DNA of 64,000 nucleotides from Anthoceros angustus (Eukaryota; Plantae; Anthocerotophyta): NCBI GenBank assembly GCA_010909165.1, contig MU008172.1, positions 1,178,001 to 1,242,000 of the forward strand, read 5' to 3'. Shown piece by piece: positions 62,201 to 64,000 of this stretch (position 1 is its first letter; each line of letters starts with the position of its first letter). The notes under the pieces were generated by a model. It saw only the letters and a program-made list of their open reading frames with translations, ran no database searches and was not told where the DNA came from. The position numbers and the translations under genes were made by a program.

Positions 62201-62997
62201 GGGGACCGAGTTCAAGGAGGTCGTAATCGTGAGCCGACTTGCTCCTTTGAAGACCGCCTTTTTAACAAATCTTAGGATGAGCGCCTAACTCGCTTCGCTC
62301 TTCCTCGGTGGTGGCTTTGGTCAAGGAGATCTACACTCTGACGAATAACCATGTGGAGGATGATGACAACATGTTCGATTTGATTATTCCGTGGATTTTC
62401 GCTACCGCATACCGAGACCTCCCGTTACTTCACCAATCGGCACATAGGGGTTAGGGCCAAGGGCTCTAAGAAGCTAGGCGTTATCATGTGCATTCCGCTC
62501 ATATCCGAATTGAAGGCAGCTTATTCCTATTACAATGTTGCCGCAACCCCCGCTTCTACAACTCATGAATGATGCTCCGATCATGGCATAACGACTGACT
62601 TTTCAATGCCCTTGACATGCACAATGACACGTTCTTGAAGGACAATGCAACAATCCTCGTAAGATATTTGCCAAGCTCACAACTTCAAGCTCCTCAAGAA
62701 GTCTCGTTTGCCTCGCTATTTCCCACCAAAGATTCTGTTAGCATATATGAAAGTCAATCGCTTTAAAAAATGTGCACCGATTCTATGTCCGAAATGTTAT
62801 AAGGATTCAGCCCTATAATGAGAATGCGTGTGGAGTGTGCCGGCTCAGAATCAAAAGAATGTGCAAGTGTATGTGCCGGGCCTCAGAATCCGCGCGAATG
62901 TCGGTAGAGGTGCCAGCCCTCGCCTTTAACCCACGGGCCCGGCCGAAACCGAATCCTCTATTTTGCTTCTTTCAAAGGTTCGCCATCGACTGCCCCT

Positions 62998-63090
62998 GGA
63001 GTGCGCCGAGCGGGAGTTCACGGAGGAGTGCGCCGAGCGGGAGTGCGCCGAGCGGAGGCGCTACGGGAGGCACTGAGTGCGCGGAGCGAA
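62998..63090. repeat. Short GC-rich tandem repeat (gagtgcgccgagcgg)n
   Basis: ggagtgcgccgagcgg occurs three times, with degenerate flanking copies. Confidence 0.7.
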
Positions 63091-64000
63091 CGTGAGCGAA
63101 TTGCGTGCCCAGCCTTGAGTCGATCCGATCGGGGAAGGTTTACCAACGTGTTGCATCTCGAGGTCGCAGGCATTTACATCAAGTTATTGTAATGTTGAAT
63201 GCTCCTTTTGCCTCTTTTGTTTTGATTTGGTTTGTTGTTGTGCGATGCCAAGGCTTACAAGAAAAACAAGCAAATGACTGAAGCCACTTTGAAGAAGTTA
63301 CATCAAGAAAGGAACAAGTTGAAGATGTTGATGTTGAGACTTCAAGTTCACCCGAGGGACCGCTTAGAGGAAGACCTCCGCTGTTTCCAAATCAAGGCCT
63401 CTTCTTCCTTGCTCTCCTTGGCCAAACGCCATTTATTCGTAGAGTCTTGTGCAGAGGAGATTCTCCACTGGTCGCACAAGAATGCCATCTTGTTGAGCAA
63501 AGATGCACCACAGACGCAGAATGTGAATCGCTGCTATTGCACGCAGAGACCGCCGCCATTGCACAATGAGATATGCTACTACCATTGCACAACAAAGGCC
63601 TATTATTGCACAATGAGACTTGCAAGCTCCGATCGACGGTAAGTGCAACAACAATTTCAACTAGCGGTATCATTGAACGCAGATCTGAAGTGTGATAGCC
63701 GGCAATCTCCAATTGCCGATATCGACCTCAAGCGACATGCGGTGATGGACAAACACGCTCCAATTGCTCGTAGTAGACATCAAGGCCGGGCGTGTACAAG
63801 CGCAAGGGTCACCAATTGCCGGGTAGTAGACCGTGGCAAGCGCCGGCGTCGGACAACCGCAACGGTCTCCAATGCACAGACCGGGTCTCGAACGAAGTCC
63901 GGAGCGAACGAAGATCTGCTCAAGCTCAACAAGGGTTGAGTGAAGAAGAGCCAAATGCGCTCACAAGGTCACACTACGAGCATCTCAAAGACAAGCTTCA

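Overview
This is a eukaryotic, land-plant genomic window. The PLS-type PPR fragments and the transposon repertoire suggest a non-seed plant such as a fern, lycophyte or bryophyte (inference). Positions 1-5.5 kb hold the 5' part of an intact multi-exon SCAPER-like gene on the minus strand. The remaining ~57 kb is nested transposon debris: LTR fragments, a KDZ-type transposase remnant, a LINE ORF1 remnant, a tandemly duplicated CACTA transposase, three Copia elements (one full-length with a TSD), a Plavaka-type transposase and captured host-gene fragments. The stand-out is an 8.4-kb Ty3/Gypsy element (42641-51058, minus strand) inserted cleanly into a Copia RNase H. It encodes a complete C5-cytosine DNA methyltransferase domain between protease and RT, and a PHD finger after a DDE integrase. 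It has a self-priming (tRNA-independent) PBS, and its terminal repeats are split (B-ORFs-A-B-A) rather than two ordinary LTRs, as if a 2-LTR circle had been opened at a near-palindromic site inside U3. TE coding regions are full of 1-3 nt deletions, often at CG/CHG sites, while the host gene is clean. Many frameshifts may therefore be consensus errors, and protein reconstructions across them are manual and approximate.
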